From positions 256,001-320,000 of the forward strand of contig CAVXKA010000001.1 of assembly GCA_963762255.1 (NCBI GenBank): a DNA stretch of 64,000 nucleotides, given 5' to 3'. Of the stretch, positions 17,395 through 29,600 are shown in pieces. The position numbers and the translations under genes were made by a program. Under the pieces are notes generated by a model. That model made no database searches. It was not told the DNA's origin and saw only the letters and a program-made list of their open reading frames with translations. This stretch comes from Candidatus Eiseniibacteriota bacterium. Its GTDB lineage: Bacteria; Eisenbacteria; RBG-16-71-46; JABDJR01. The number at the start of each line of letters is the position of its first letter. The first letter of the stretch is position 1.

Positions 17395-18155
17395 CGTGCC
17401 GCCTCCCCCTCGGCGAGCAGCGCCAGAAACACGTCCTCGACCATGCTCTTCCCGGTGCGGCGGCGGAGATCCTCCACCGTCCCCGCGGCGACGATCCGCC
17501 CCTGATGAAGGATGGCGATCTCGTCGCAGAGCCGTTCCGCCTCGCTCATGATGTGGGTCGAGAAGAGGACGCACTTGCCCTCATCGCGTGAGCCGAGGAT
17601 GAACTCGACGAGATGCCGGCTGGCGAGCACGTCGAGGCCGGTGGTGGGTTCGTCCAGGATAAGCACCGGCGGGTCGTGCACGATCGCGCGGGCGATCGAG
17701 ACCTTTTGCTTCATGCCGGTGGAGAGATCGCCGCACCGCTTGTGCTGGAACGGGGCGATCTGAAGGCGATCGAAGAGGAAGTCGATCCGGCGTTCCGCGA
17801 TGCCGGGTTCCATGCCGTAGAGACGGGCGAAGTAACGCACGGCTTCCCGCGCGGTCAGCCGCGGGTAAAGCCCCGTGGAGCCGGTGAGAAAGCCGATCCG
17901 GCGTCGGACCTCCGCCGGCGCCCCCGTCACGCTGAAGCCGCCGACCTCCGCGGTTCCCCCGGTGGGGGGGATGAGGGTCGAGAGGATGCGCAGCGTCGTG
18001 GTCTTCCCCGCGCCGTTCGGGCCCAGGAGCCCGAAGATGCGGCCGGGCCCCGCATCGAAGGAGATGCGGTCGACGGCGAAGAAGGGCGCGCCATCGGGCG
18101 AGGAATAGGCCTTCGAGAGCCCCTCGACGTGAATCGCCCCGGAGATGCCGGTCAT
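17391..18155 (-). CDS. natA: NatA-like ABC ATP-binding protein
   Basis: [36 protein letters not shown]. Confidence 0.9.
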   Translation of the reverse strand: MTGISGAIHVEGLSKAYSSPDGAPFFAVDRISFDAGPGRIFGLLGPNGAGKTTTLRILSTLIPPTGGTAEVGGFSVTGAPAEVRRRIGFLTGSTGLYPRLTAREAVRYFARLYGMEPGIAERRIDFLFDRLQIAPFQHKRCGDLSTGMKQKVSIARAIVHDPPVLILDEPTTGLDVLASRHLVEFILGSRDEGKCVLFSTHIMSEAERLCDEIAILHQGRIVAAGTVEDLRRRTGKSMVEDVFLALLAEGEAAR

Positions 18156-18382
18156 CGGTCCTTGGGCGCCGCGTCGCGGTGTTCGGTGTAGTCGACGTCG
18201 ATCACCCGGCCGCTCTCTTGCGGAGCCTCTGCGCGTGTGCCGCGCCGCACCTCGGGTCGGCCGCCGGGTTGCCCCTGCCCCGCCAGTGCCCGCACGACAA
18301 CGAGTACGAAACGCACGAAGACCACGATCAAGACCGCAATCAGGATGCGCAGCAGCATACGGCCGATACCCCCGACATTCAC
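18152..18382 (-). CDS. Small hypothetical membrane protein
   Basis: Single hydrophobic helix; C-terminal VIDVDY motif; overlaps natA start. Confidence 0.55.
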   Translation of the reverse strand: MNVGGIGRMLLRILIAVLIVVFVRFVLVVVRALAGQGQPGGRPEVRRGTRAEAPQESGRVIDVDYTEHRDAAPKDR

Positions 18383-18404
18383 CCCGGTCCAGGCCGGTGC
18401 CCGA

Positions 18405-18758
18405 TCAGTGAAAACTCGTCCCCGAGGTCCGCATGTAGTCCTCGATCGCCATGCAGGCCCGGCTCTCCTGGTCCTCGAAGACCAGCACTCGGCCCCAGTA
18501 GCCGTCGATGAGTCGCAGCAATCCCTCGTGCCCGGGCACCTGGAGAGACTGCAGCCACGCTTCGATGCCTTCAGCTTCGAGAATCTTCTGCACGGTGAGC
18601 GCGGCGATCTCGTCGGGAGCCAGGAACACCGTCTTCGTGCGGAGTTCCCGATCGCGGATATCCGGCGGGGGCTCGTGATGCGGGGCGACCTTCACCCCGC
18701 AGTCCGGGCAGAACTCCTCGCAGATTTCTCCCATCCCGCAGTTCGGGCAGGTATGCAT
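18405..18758 (-). CDS. Zinc-ribbon + DUF2007-like (putative signal-transducing) protein
   Basis: CPNC..CPDC N-terminus; AL.VQKILEAEGIEA..GRVLVFEDQ pattern. Confidence 0.65.
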   Translation of the reverse strand: MHTCPNCGMGEICEEFCPDCGVKVAPHHEPPPDIRDRELRTKTVFLAPDEIAALTVQKILEAEGIEAWLQSLQVPGHEGLLRLIDGYWGRVLVFEDQESRACMAIEDYMRTSGTSFH

Positions 18759-18823
18759 GTCGACCTCCGTCCACCGATCCCAGCACCGCCTCGACCCGCG
18801 CGAATCCTAGCACAGCGGAGCTG

Positions 18824-18863
18824 AAAAAATGGGCGCCCCTCGCCGCGAAGGCGAAGGGCGCCC
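18824..18863 (-). terminator. Rho-independent terminator after the PorV-OmpA gene
   Basis: GGGCGCCC/GGGCGCCC stem with inner CGCC/GGCG followed by a T-run on the minus strand. Confidence 0.75.
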
Positions 18864-18898
18864 AAGGAGGTAAAGATGCGCCGTCTAGAGGACGGTTG

Positions 18899-20518
18899 TT
18901 ACTTGATGACCACGAACTCGATGCGGCGGTTCCGCGCGCGACCGAGGTCGGTGTCGTTGCTGTCGATCGGCCGAGACTCGCCGAAGCCGCGCGTCTGCAG
19001 GCGGCTTGCGTCGATTCCGCGGTTCACCAGGTAGGTCTTCACCGTTTCACCCCGGCGCTCGGACAGCTTGAGATTCGACTCGTCGCTTCCGATGTTGTCG
19101 GTGTGACCCTGGATCTCGACACGGATCTTCGGGTTCTCCTTCATGATCCGGACCACTTCCTCGAGCACGGGGATAGGATCGGCCCCGCTGATCTCGGCGG
19201 TCGCGAACTTGAAGTTGATGTAGGCCAACGGGAAGTAGATCGGGGCCTCGTCCGGGCATCCGTCCGAGTCCTCGAACCCGTTCACCGTCTCCGCCTCGTT
19301 CGGGCACTTGTCGTTGACGTCAAGGATGCCGTCACCGTCGTTGTCCAGATCCGGGCAGCCATCCTGATCCTCGAACCCGTCCATGTCCTCGGCCTGATCC
19401 GGACACTGGTCGTTGACATCGAGGATGCCGTCCCCGTCGTTATCGAAATCGGGGCAGCCGTCGGTGTCCTGATAGCCGTCGAAGTCCTCGGGCTGATCGG
19501 GGCACTGATCGCTGACGTCCGGGATGCCGTCCTGGTCACGGTCCTTCATCCCGCCCGACCGATACAGGTCGCGGCGCTCGCCGAAGTCCAGACCGAGCGA
19601 GAACCGGTGGTTCTCGTCCATGAACTTCTGGGGCTCCACCACGTACGCGTAGTCGAACTTGAAGAACTTGACTCCGAGGCCGAAGCCGCCGGCGAAGTTC
19701 CCATCGTCCACGCCCAGACGGAGAGCACCCGAGAAGTCCTCACTCAGAGGCACCCAGTACTCCGCGCCGCCGTGGAAACGGTAGTTCTCGTCGTCGCGCG
19801 TCTTCTCGACATCCGCACCCAACGTCAGGCCGTCGACCGGCGACAGCGCCGCGCCGAAGCGCAGGTTGGACGGGACGTCGTTGACGTCGCCCTGGTCCTG
19901 GTCTCCGACCTTGGTGAACAGATCCTGAACGACGATGCCCAAGCGGGCATACTCGGTCAGTGCGAACTGCGCACCGAGATCGAAACCGATACCGTTGGCG
20001 CCGTCATCGCTGACGCTGCTGGCACCGATGCCTTGGGTCACCAGCTTGCCGGTGATTCCCAAGTTGACCGGACCCGCAGCGGTGGCCGCGGAGAGCATGA
20101 TCGCGTTGTCGTTGAAGTCGTAGAGACCCTCAGCGGCTCCGGTGCTCCCGGTTTGACGGATGTCGGTCATGTTGGCGTTCACCCAGCCGAGTCCGAGAGC
20201 GAATCTCTCCCAGCCGTAGGCAGCGCCAACGTAGTTGTGATTGCGATCCACGGTCATCCCGCCGGTAAACATCCCGGACAGGCTGAATCCGCGGAGCAAA
20301 GAAAGGCCGGCCGGATTCCAGTAACCGGCTGCCACATCGTTGGCAACCGCGCTTCCGGTACCGCCCATGCCATAGTATCTAGCCCCAATCCCGGCCCGCA
20401 AGAACGGAGCCAAGTGGTTGCTCTGCTCCTCGACAGCGTAAGACGCCGCGGGCGCCACTGCCGTCAGGAGGAGGCCGATCAGGGCAACGGCCCATGCGCC
20501 TCGGTTCCTACGAAACAT
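18899..20518 (-). CDS. PorV-like barrel + thrombospondin type-3 Ca-binding repeats + OmpA peptidoglycan-binding domain
   Basis: GARYYGMGG..AVANDVAAGYWNPAGL; repeated D.D.DGI.D..DQCP....ED.DG..D.DGCP; GHTDNIG, NLKLSERR, GRARNRRIEF; ATG 20518 with AAGGAG. Confidence 0.85.
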   Translation of the reverse strand: MFRRNRGAWAVALIGLLLTAVAPAASYAVEEQSNHLAPFLRAGIGARYYGMGGTGSAVANDVAAGYWNPAGLSLLRGFSLSGMFTGGMTVDRNHNYVGAAYGWERFALGLGWVNANMTDIRQTGSTGAAEGLYDFNDNAIMLSAATAAGPVNLGITGKLVTQGIGASSVSDDGANGIGFDLGAQFALTEYARLGIVVQDLFTKVGDQDQGDVNDVPSNLRFGAALSPVDGLTLGADVEKTRDDENYRFHGGAEYWVPLSEDFSGALRLGVDDGNFAGGFGLGVKFFKFDYAYVVEPQKFMDENHRFSLGLDFGERRDLYRSGGMKDRDQDGIPDVSDQCPDQPEDFDGYQDTDGCPDFDNDGDGILDVNDQCPDQAEDMDGFEDQDGCPDLDNDGDGILDVNDKCPNEAETVNGFEDSDGCPDEAPIYFPLAYINFKFATAEISGADPIPVLEEVVRIMKENPKIRVEIQGHTDNIGSDESNLKLSERRGETVKTYLVNRGIDASRLQTRGFGESRPIDSNDTDLGRARNRRIEFVVIK

Positions 20519-20580
20519 CTCCTTTACCTCCTTGCTCATCCCTGCAGCGCTTCCAGTCTGAGTGCCGCACAGCGAGAGAG

Positions 20581-20608
20581 CCGTGGGGCCGGAAATCCGG
20601 CCCCACGG
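20581..20608. terminator. Strong intergenic hairpin between the giant gene and the PorV-OmpA gene (no U-tract; stabiliser or partial terminator)
   Basis: CCGTGGGGCCGG-AAAT-CCGGCCCCACGG perfect 12-bp stem. Confidence 0.55.
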
Positions 20609-20615
20609 TCCTCGA

Positions 20616-23600
20616 TTACCTCTCGTTCCAGATCGCGAGCTTCATGACGCGCGGCTCCTGGCGCGAACCGTCGTCCACAACGATGCGGACGATGTACATG
20701 CCGTTGCCGAGCGCCCGGCCGTCATCGGTCTGGCCGCCCCACTCGATCATCACAGGACCCACGCCCTTCGTGCCCTTGAAGGCCGTCGCGACGTAGTCAC
20801 CCGCCCAGTCGTAGATGGTGACTTCGACGTCCGCCGGCTTGTTCAGCACGAAGGAAATCGTGGCGTTGCCCACGAGCGGGTTGTACGGGTTCGGGATCAC
20901 CTTCGCATCCATCACCTGGATGACGCCGCCGCCCACCGTGAAGCTGCAGATGGTGCTGAACTTGTTGCCCAGCTTGTCCTCTCCGCTTAGCTGCACGAAG
21001 TACGTGCCCGTTTCCAGGAGATTGCCCTCGTTGGTGATCGCGAACGAGACCCCGTTCTCAGTCACGTCCATGTTCTGGATGTTGTTCTCGCCCACAACCG
21101 CGCCGGTCGGGCCGGTGACCCGGACCTGGATGCTGTTGACGTCGATCCCAACACCCTCGTCCGTGAAGGACGCGGAGAACACGTACCGGTTGGTCTGGCC
21201 GACCGGATCGGGGGTCGTGCCATCGCAGACCACGCCAGGCGACGAGGGGAAGACCTCCGGCGCCACGGTGTCGACGATGAAGCGCTGCTCCACGAACCGG
21301 CTGCCCGCGTTGAACACGTTGTCCATCGGACCGGTCAGGTAGACCACGTAGACGGGCGTTTCCGAGCCGACCTCGTAGGTCTTGGTCACCGGCGCACCGA
21401 TGCCCAGGAAGAACTTGATCAGATCGAGGATAGACGCGTCGTCCAGGTGGTACGCCAGCGGGTCGAGGACCAGACGGTGGGTGTAGAGAGTGATCTCCAT
21501 CACCGTGCCGTTCTCGATCGTCCGGCCGCCGGTCAGCACCGCCAACGGAACGTTCAGCGTGTCTTCGGGCGAGTACTCGCTCAGCGAAGGCGTCACGTAG
21601 GGCTCCAGCGCGTTCGCGGTACCCGTGTAGATCAACGTCCGGGTCTCGATGTCGTCCGGATGACCGAGGTTCTCACCACCGGCCTCGTTGATCGTCCACA
21701 CGTCGTACTTGAACCCGTCGTCGCCGAACATGAGCTTGCTGTCATCGCACAGGATGCCGTACAGGTTGAAGATATCGCCGTAGCGCTCGCACAGAGCCTC
21801 GGCGGTCTCCTCCTCACAGCTATCGTCCTTCCAGTCATGGGCGATGGCGATGTCGTCGATACGGTCTTCCTTGAAGAGGATGCCCGAGCCGCCGTCGAAG
21901 AGACGGACGCCGAGGATGTCCTCTTCCAGGTTGATGTAGCCGGCGACATTGCTCAGCTTCGGACTGCCCACGAATCCGCCGTGGAACTCCACGTAGGGAG
22001 CGGTCCGATCGACCCAGAACTCGTACGTGAAGTCGGCCCCGTAGACCGAGAACTCGTTCTCGTCCTGGAACTCGAAGCGGAGCGTGTGCATCCCTTCCTT
22101 CAGCGCTTCGTTGTTCGCGCAGCTGTGACGGTAGTCCCACGCGATGGTCTGGTTTTCGTTGGTCACGTAATCCCAGTCGAACTCCGAGCCGGGATACATG
22201 AACCAGTCACTGTACGAGCTGTACGCGAGCTTGTTGTCGATGTAGAGCTCGAACGAGTCGGTGTCGATCTCGTCGCTGGAGGTCCGGATCACGCCGCGCA
22301 GGATCGGATCCTGATCGGTGTAACCGTTCCACTCGGGCGACATCGAAACCTCGACCGGGGCCTTCTCGTCGGTGGCGACCACCGTCCAGACGGTACCCGA
22401 GATTTCCATCGTGTTGAAACGGATCACGTTGGCTTCGGTATCGACCTGGATGTGGTTCACGTCCGCACGAGTCCACTGGTCGCCGTCCCACCAGCGGACG
22501 GAGAGCTTGGATTCGTCGTACGAGCCGCCGGTGGTCTTGACCAGGTCGGACTCCTTGTAGCGGATCCACCCCTTCGCCTGCCAGCCGTTGTCCGTGTCAC
22601 GCGTTGTGACGTCCCAGTCGGACTTGTGCAGCGTGGACAGGTACGACGGACCGATGGCCTCGACGTACTTGTCCTGCCACTCCGGCGTGACCGGGCGATC
22701 GGTGCGCTTGATCAGGAACCCGCGCTGCGAAGTCACAGCACCGGCCGGGATCTCCATCGCGAAGTCGTCGGTCGGGTAGCCGTCGGCCGCGAGATACCCG
22801 CGCCCGTCGACACCGGCGACGCCGTTCGTGCCGCGATCCATGGTCGTCTGGTAGAAGTAGAGGTACATCATCTTCATCTCGGTCTTGGGCGCAGGGGCGT
22901 CGATCGACGTGCGCTTCTTGCTGGCCGAGACGTAGAGACCCACCTTGGCGCCTTCGGTCGGGTTGACACCCTCGAACGCGCCTTCCAGGGTCGGAATTTC
23001 ACCCACCCACACCTTGCTGTCGTCGATCTTGGTGTTCATCTCGGGAACGAACTCGTCGATCGCGCCCAAGCCGTCCTCGGCAACCATGACCACGAACGGA
23101 GCCAGGGTCGCGTCGGTGGTCGCAGCTTCGACCCGACCGCCGGTGCCCTCGATATCCGCGGCCGAGGTCAGGCCGTTCGTCTCGGGGGCCGGCAGGCTCC
23201 CACCACCGTTCCAGTAGCCACCGAGGTTCCCCGTCATGAAGAACTTCGGAGCCAGCAGGTAGCCGAGGTTGTCGACCGGCGTGAACACCGTGCCGCCGTT
23301 CTCCGTCCGGTCAACCCGGACCGTGAGGATCGGCGTGTTGGGCAGGTCGTAGAGCCCGCTGAAGATATTCGGATCACCGTCGGCCGGCGTAACGCCGCCC
23401 TGACCGATGATGCCACTCTTCATCGTCAGCGCACCCTCGTCGGCCTTGGCCGGGAGGGTGGGGAGCTCATCGCTGGCAACCGCGCGCAGCTCGAGGAGCT
23501 GGCCTGCGGTGAACGTCGAGGTGACGAGTTCCGAGAACCACAGATCCTGCGGCTTGAGCCAACCGCTAGGAGCGTTCGGTTGCACGTCCAGACCCTCGCC

Positions 23601-26600
23601 GGTATCCGTCGAGGTTCCGATGGTCGTCCACTCGGCGTCGTTCACCTTGCGGTACTGGAAGAAGACCGTAGAGGCCTCCTTCTCGCCGAAGGTGAGACCG
23701 TAGACGCGGTCGATGATGCCCTTGGTGATCAGATCCTTGAAGTGCGGGTTGAAGGCCGACACCTGAGCCAGCGGAACCGCCACGTTCTCCACCGTCACGA
23801 CGACGATGTTGTGGCTGTCGCCGCAGTTGGCCGCCGTGTCGGTGGCCCGTGCCACCAGCAGATAGTCGCCGTCGGCGAGGCCACTGGTGTTCCAGAGAAT
23901 GCCCCACAGCCCGAGCGTGGCATCGTAGCCGGCGGTCCCGAGGAGCCGCCACACAGGCGCGTTCTCCCCTGTCGGGACGCTGGCGAGGAAGAACTGGACC
24001 TCCTTGACGTCGGTCAGGTCCTTGCCGCCGGTGCCGGTGTTCGGGATGTTGGGTTCGTCGTCGTTCACGGTCGCGTAGATGCGGACCTGGTCGCCGGCGG
24101 ACACATCGGTGATCTGATCGTTGTCGATCGGATCGATCGTCGTGTCGACGGTCTTCAGGGCCACGTGCGTGATCTCGATGTTCGGGTCGACGTTGTCCAC
24201 CACGGTCTTCTTCGCGAGGACGTTCTTGGTGGTGTTGCCGGCCACGTCGGTGGCGACCAGGCGCCAGTCGACAAGTGCCCCCGTCGCACCGAACTCATCG
24301 AGCAGGTCGACCGTGCTGCTGAAGCGCGTCGTCTTCCCGTCGAACATGGTCATGGAGCCGAACGAGGTCCAGTTGAGGTCAACGTCCTCGTCCGCGGACC
24401 ACTTCCACTGCCAGCTCAGGCAGTTCTCCCAGGAGTTCTTGTACGCGACATCAGTGTCACTGCTGGTGGCGATAAGGTCGGCAACCCGCTTGTCGGGGCT
24501 GCAAACCACATCACCCACGTTCTCCGGCACCAGAACCTTGTTGTCGGTCGGGTTGACCGCCGCGAAGGCAGGACCGGTGCGGTCGATGATGATCCGCGTG
24601 ATCGCCGGGCTGGCATCGCTGTTGCCCGCGTCATCGGTAGCGATGGCGGCGAGTTCGTACGATCCGTCGGCGAGCGGGGCGGTGGCCCAGCTGTAGATGA
24701 CCCAGGTCTGGATGTTGTCCAGGTCCTTGAGCCAAACATCGGCGTTGATCATCGTCCACGTGCTGGTTCCGGCCTTCCGATACATGAACTTCACGTCCTG
24801 CGTATCGGTCGCGCCGTCCAGGATGCGGGCCCAGAGCTGGCTCACACCGTTCACGCGGATGTTGTCAGGATTCTCGATCAGCACGTTCTCGGCCACGTTG
24901 CAGTCCGCGCCCGAGTAATCACGCATGATGTGGGTGATGGTCGCCTTCGGGGCGATGGTGTCGACGAACTTCACCGGGGCGGTTCCGCCCGCCGTGAAGT
25001 GCTCCACCACGTCCGTCGTGTTGCAGACCAGATCGCCCACCTCGACCGAGATGTTGTAGGTCTCGTTCGGGATCAACGGCTCCCCGTTCATGTCCCGGTA
25101 CTCATTCGTGTTCCAGTGGAACGCGTAGGGCCGGGTGTAATCGGGGTTGTCGTTGGTCGGCGGGACGCCGAACTCCTCGTCGAGCGCGACCCACGAGCCG
25201 AACTCGTTCAGATCCGTCGCGAGCTTGTAGTAGTAGGTCACGTGCAGATCGTCGTTGACGAGCACGCTGCCGCCGCCGGTGGCCTCGATGAGGACGCCGT
25301 CAAGGGAGTTGCGCTCGACCTGAGTGACAACCGCACCCGTCTTCGGGTTCTTCAGCGCGATGGCCATCTTGGGGGCCGTGTTGTCCACGATGAGGTGGTA
25401 GATCGCATCGTTGATGCTGACCTCTTCGTTACCCCACACGTCCACCGAGCGGACACGGACCTGCACCGAGTTCCCGTCAAGCGCGTCGTTGTACCAGATG
25501 TAGGAGCCATCCGGGTACTGCGCGAGGGTGTTCCACTCAGCCGACCAGATCGGGCCGAGGTGCGTGCCGGCGGCGCCGGTCACACCAGAAGCCTGACCCA
25601 GGATGAGGTCGCCGCCGCAGTTCATGTAGCACGAGCCCTCGGCGATGAGGATCCACGGGCCGGTGACGTTCGGCTTGCTCGGATCAACCCGGCGTCCTTC
25701 GAAGAACACCCGGCCGCCGAACATCGAAGCGTCGCCCTGCGGCGTGGAGGCGTAGAGATAGATATCACGCGCCACCGTCCCCAGCGCCCTGGCTCCGGTC
25801 AGATCCTGGGCAAGGACGTTGTCGTCGATGCCCATCAGGTACATGGGCTGCTCCGAACCAGCAAGGCCCTGGATCGGTTCCGGCTTGGTGACCATCAGGT
25901 AATCCAGCGCAGTCCGCGGATAGGTCGCGCACTCGTCATCGCGACCACCAGCCACCGCGATCAGCTTCGTGTCCTGCGGAGGCGTGTGATCCTGAACGAT
26001 CACCGCATCGAAGGACACGATGCCTGAGCAGTTGCCGGCATTGTCCCGCGCCACCACCTCGATGGTGTAGACGCTGTCGGTCGACGTCGGCAGGTTGGCC
26101 GGGGTCACCCAGTCGATCTTCCAGAGGTCGTCTTCGCTGGTCGCGGTGCCCGCGTCGTCGAGCGTCCCGAGACCGATGATGTTCCGGTTGTCGTCGCCGT
26201 CGTAGTAAGCGAACTGGACGGCGTAGATGCCGGAGGACTGATCCTGGAAGTCCTGGTAGTCGATCGTCGGCCAGTTCCCGTAGCTGTACCAGAGACCGTC
26301 GTTGACACGCACGGCCAGCGGGACGGTGTCACCGCCCGCGACGTGCACCGGCTCCGTGCCAGCGCCCGCCTCGAACTGACGATCGCCCGCGTACAGGTAG
26401 GTCAGGTCGGGGCTGTACGGATCGACCCGCAGCAGGATGCCCTCGTTGGCTTCGTTGGTGTTGCAGGCGTAGTCCACCGCGCGTACCCGGAAACGGTACT
26501 CCTTGGCGGGCAAATCTCCGTAGATAACCGCCTGTCCGCGTGGCATGAGGTCGGACATCGTGTCAGCCAGAGCTTCCAGGCTCGGGATAACGAGCTGCCA

Positions 26601-29600
26601 CTTGCCGTCGGGATTCAGGTTGTTCCCGACCGCATCGCGATACTGGAAGTAGCCGAAGTCGCCAGCAAGGCTGATCCAGGTCGGGTTCTCCGGGTCGGAG
26701 AAGTCGTCCAGGAACTCGAGCCACATCTGGTTCACGACCTCGGTGTCGTTCGCCGGATCCGTCACCGACGCGTAGAAGGTGATCGCCGGCGAATGCTCGG
26801 GGCAGATCGCCGTCTCGGCGGGGAGGAGGTCGGCGCGAATGATGTCGTGATCCTCGAGCGTCGTGCCGCCCACGCCCTCAGGACCCACGCGCGTGAGCAT
26901 GAAGTCAGGCGCGATGTGATCGATGATGACGGGGAAGCTCGGAACGTCCTCGGGGACGCCGTCGCCATTCGTGTCGCTCTGGACGTTACCGTCCGCGTCG
27001 GTCGCATAGGCCCGCACGTAGTACGTGCCGTCCGCGATCGGATCGGTGTCCCAAACGATATCCCACTGGGCCAGCGCCGGCCCCGGCAGGACGGTGAAGT
27101 TATAGTCGACGTCGATCGTCGTCCAGGGACCCGCACTGCTGGTCGCGTACTGGACGATGACCGTAGCCACGTCGAATCCGTTCCAGCCGGTGGCGACACC
27201 GAAGATGCCGATCTCGCCGCTCAGGGCTAGCGTCGGATCGAACGGCTTCTTGCAGTGGTCGTCGATGAAGCTGGCGTCGGGCCAGCACTCGGCGCAGAAG
27301 CGCGCGATCATCGCGACCGGACCGGTGGTGTCGTTCAACAGGATGTTGACGTTGCAGTCGAGCGCCGCGTCCTCCGCCTGATTGTTGTCGACCATGTCGA
27401 CCGCACGGGCCCTGATGCTGACGTAGAAGTCGCTCGCCAGGTTGGCGGCCAGGAAGCCGGTATCCCACGAGCAGTGATACATCCCGTCTTCGCCGACCAC
27501 TTCAACCCACGGGTCGTCGTCGTCGTTCAGAGGCGTGCAGTCGATCGGTGTCCAACTGGACATGGAATCCCATTCCATGCCGCCATGGAGGCTGTACTCG
27601 AACTGGACGTAGGCCACGTCAGTGTCGGTCGTGCTGGCAGTCAGCTCGATCACGTCGCCGATCGGGAAGATCGTTCCGTCCGTCGGCTCCGTGATGCACG
27701 CCTGCGGGATGTCCGCGTCCACCGTGATCTCGGCGCACACCTCGGGCGACTGTGCCCGCGGGTGACCGCACGAGTAACCCCAGTTGAAGCAATCGTCGAT
27801 CGCTACGACCCGGAGCTTGTAGGTGTAGACGGACTCGGCGGCGTCGTCGGTGATGCCGTCGAGGTTGTTATCGATCCCGTCCGTGAGCGGGTTCATCCAG
27901 CCGGGCAGCGAGAAGGTTCCGCCCCACCCGCCGTTCAGCGTCCAGATGAAGATCTTCCACGAGTCAAACCCGTCCTCGAAGATCGTCCGCCAGCGCGTCT
28001 CGGTGTCGTCCACCGAGGCCTGCAGGATAATCCCCGTGAGCTTGACGATGTCGCCGGTGGCCGGGACAGGGTCGCGGATCTCCACGTTGACCTGCACGTC
28101 GCCTTCGGGGGCAACCATGGTCTCGCTCAGCCAGATGCTGTTGACAATCGGCCGGGTCGGGTCGTAAGTGACCCAGATCTGACCGAGAACGCCCGAGACC
28201 CCGCCCGACACGAGGTTCGTGGTCGAGTTGCCGGCCTCGTCGACGACCGTGATCAGAACCTGCTTCAGCATATTGACGCCGAACAGGGCCGCCGGGTCGT
28301 CGGTGCTGTACACCCACACGTCCGACGGGAGCACGATCGTGGAAGAGCTGAAGCGCGGATCCGGAATGTTATCGACCTGGTTGTCACCAATCATGTCCAC
28401 GCTGAAGGAGTAGCCGTAGCTACCACCCAGCGGCAGGACTGCGTTGTACTGATAGATCCCGTCACCCAGGTTTGTCATCTCGACGTTGTAAGCCAAGATG
28501 CCGGGGATCGTGATGGTGACGTTTTCGACCGAGTCGGGATTGATGGCCTGGAAGCTCCAGCTATTCGCCGTCACGTTGGCCAGGTCATCGATGTAGAACG
28601 TGATCGGGATCGTGATCAGCGAGTCGTCTTCCGCCGTGTAGTGCGTGAAGTCGATCGCGGTTCCGCCCGCGATATTCATGAACACGCGGACGACGTCGTC
28701 CTGAGTGGTCACGAAGAACTGGTGCTCGATCCCGGTCAGCTTCGACTTGCAGGACCCGAAATCACCGCTAATGTCGCTGCCCCCGTAGGTCTCGCAGAGG
28801 GGGTTCCCGGGGTAGTTCGGGTTGAGGTGGCAGGAGTCGAGACCATAGACCGTGAACGTCGGCGCATCCGTGTCGTTGATCGGGAGCGCGAAGCCCTCGG
28901 TCAGACAGAGCTCGGAGCACGGACGGGAGCTGATGAACACCGAGTCCCAGACGCGGTAGGCCACTGCGATGATGTCGTAGTGGGTCACGTCGGAGTACGT
29001 CGGCTCCGGGACCAAGCCGTTGAAGGTGTCGGCATCCCAGGCCACCGAGTACGGGTACTCGTTGTCGCCGGCACCGATCGGCTTACAGTCCGTGACGTTG
29101 TAGTCGATCGTGACCACGTCGTCCACCGCCATGCCGCTCCCGAAAGTGATCGTGCTGGTTCCGGTGATCGTGTAGTCGAGCTTGGTCGGCGCGACCAGCG
29201 CGGCGAAGTCCGCCGGGCTGTACCACGTGGCGGCGACACCGCCCACCCAGACCGTCTCACTACCGTGCTCACCGACGGCGCCCGCCGCCCAGATCGAGTG
29301 ATTGGTCGTGGCGCTGTACGGATAGACCGTCGCAACGTCCAGGATCTCACCCTCGATCCGCTCAGCGTAGTAGAACTGCACCGTGATGCCGGTGTAGTCG
29401 CCGGCCACGTCCACGTCGGCCCTGATCACCACTTCCTCACCGGGGGTGAGGCTGTCGGCGTCGACACCGATTCTCGTGACGGACGTCACATGTGCTGTCT
29501 GGCGATTCAGGCTGAACCGATAGGGGTTCCCGAAGATCGGCGTGATGTTCCCGTTGACGTCGGTCGCCCGCGGGAAGAACTGGTACACGCCGTCCGTCAG

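Noticed and set aside
19250-19545. DNA-level repeats in the PorV-OmpA gene
   Set aside because: Fully explained by encoded TSP3 calcium-binding repeats
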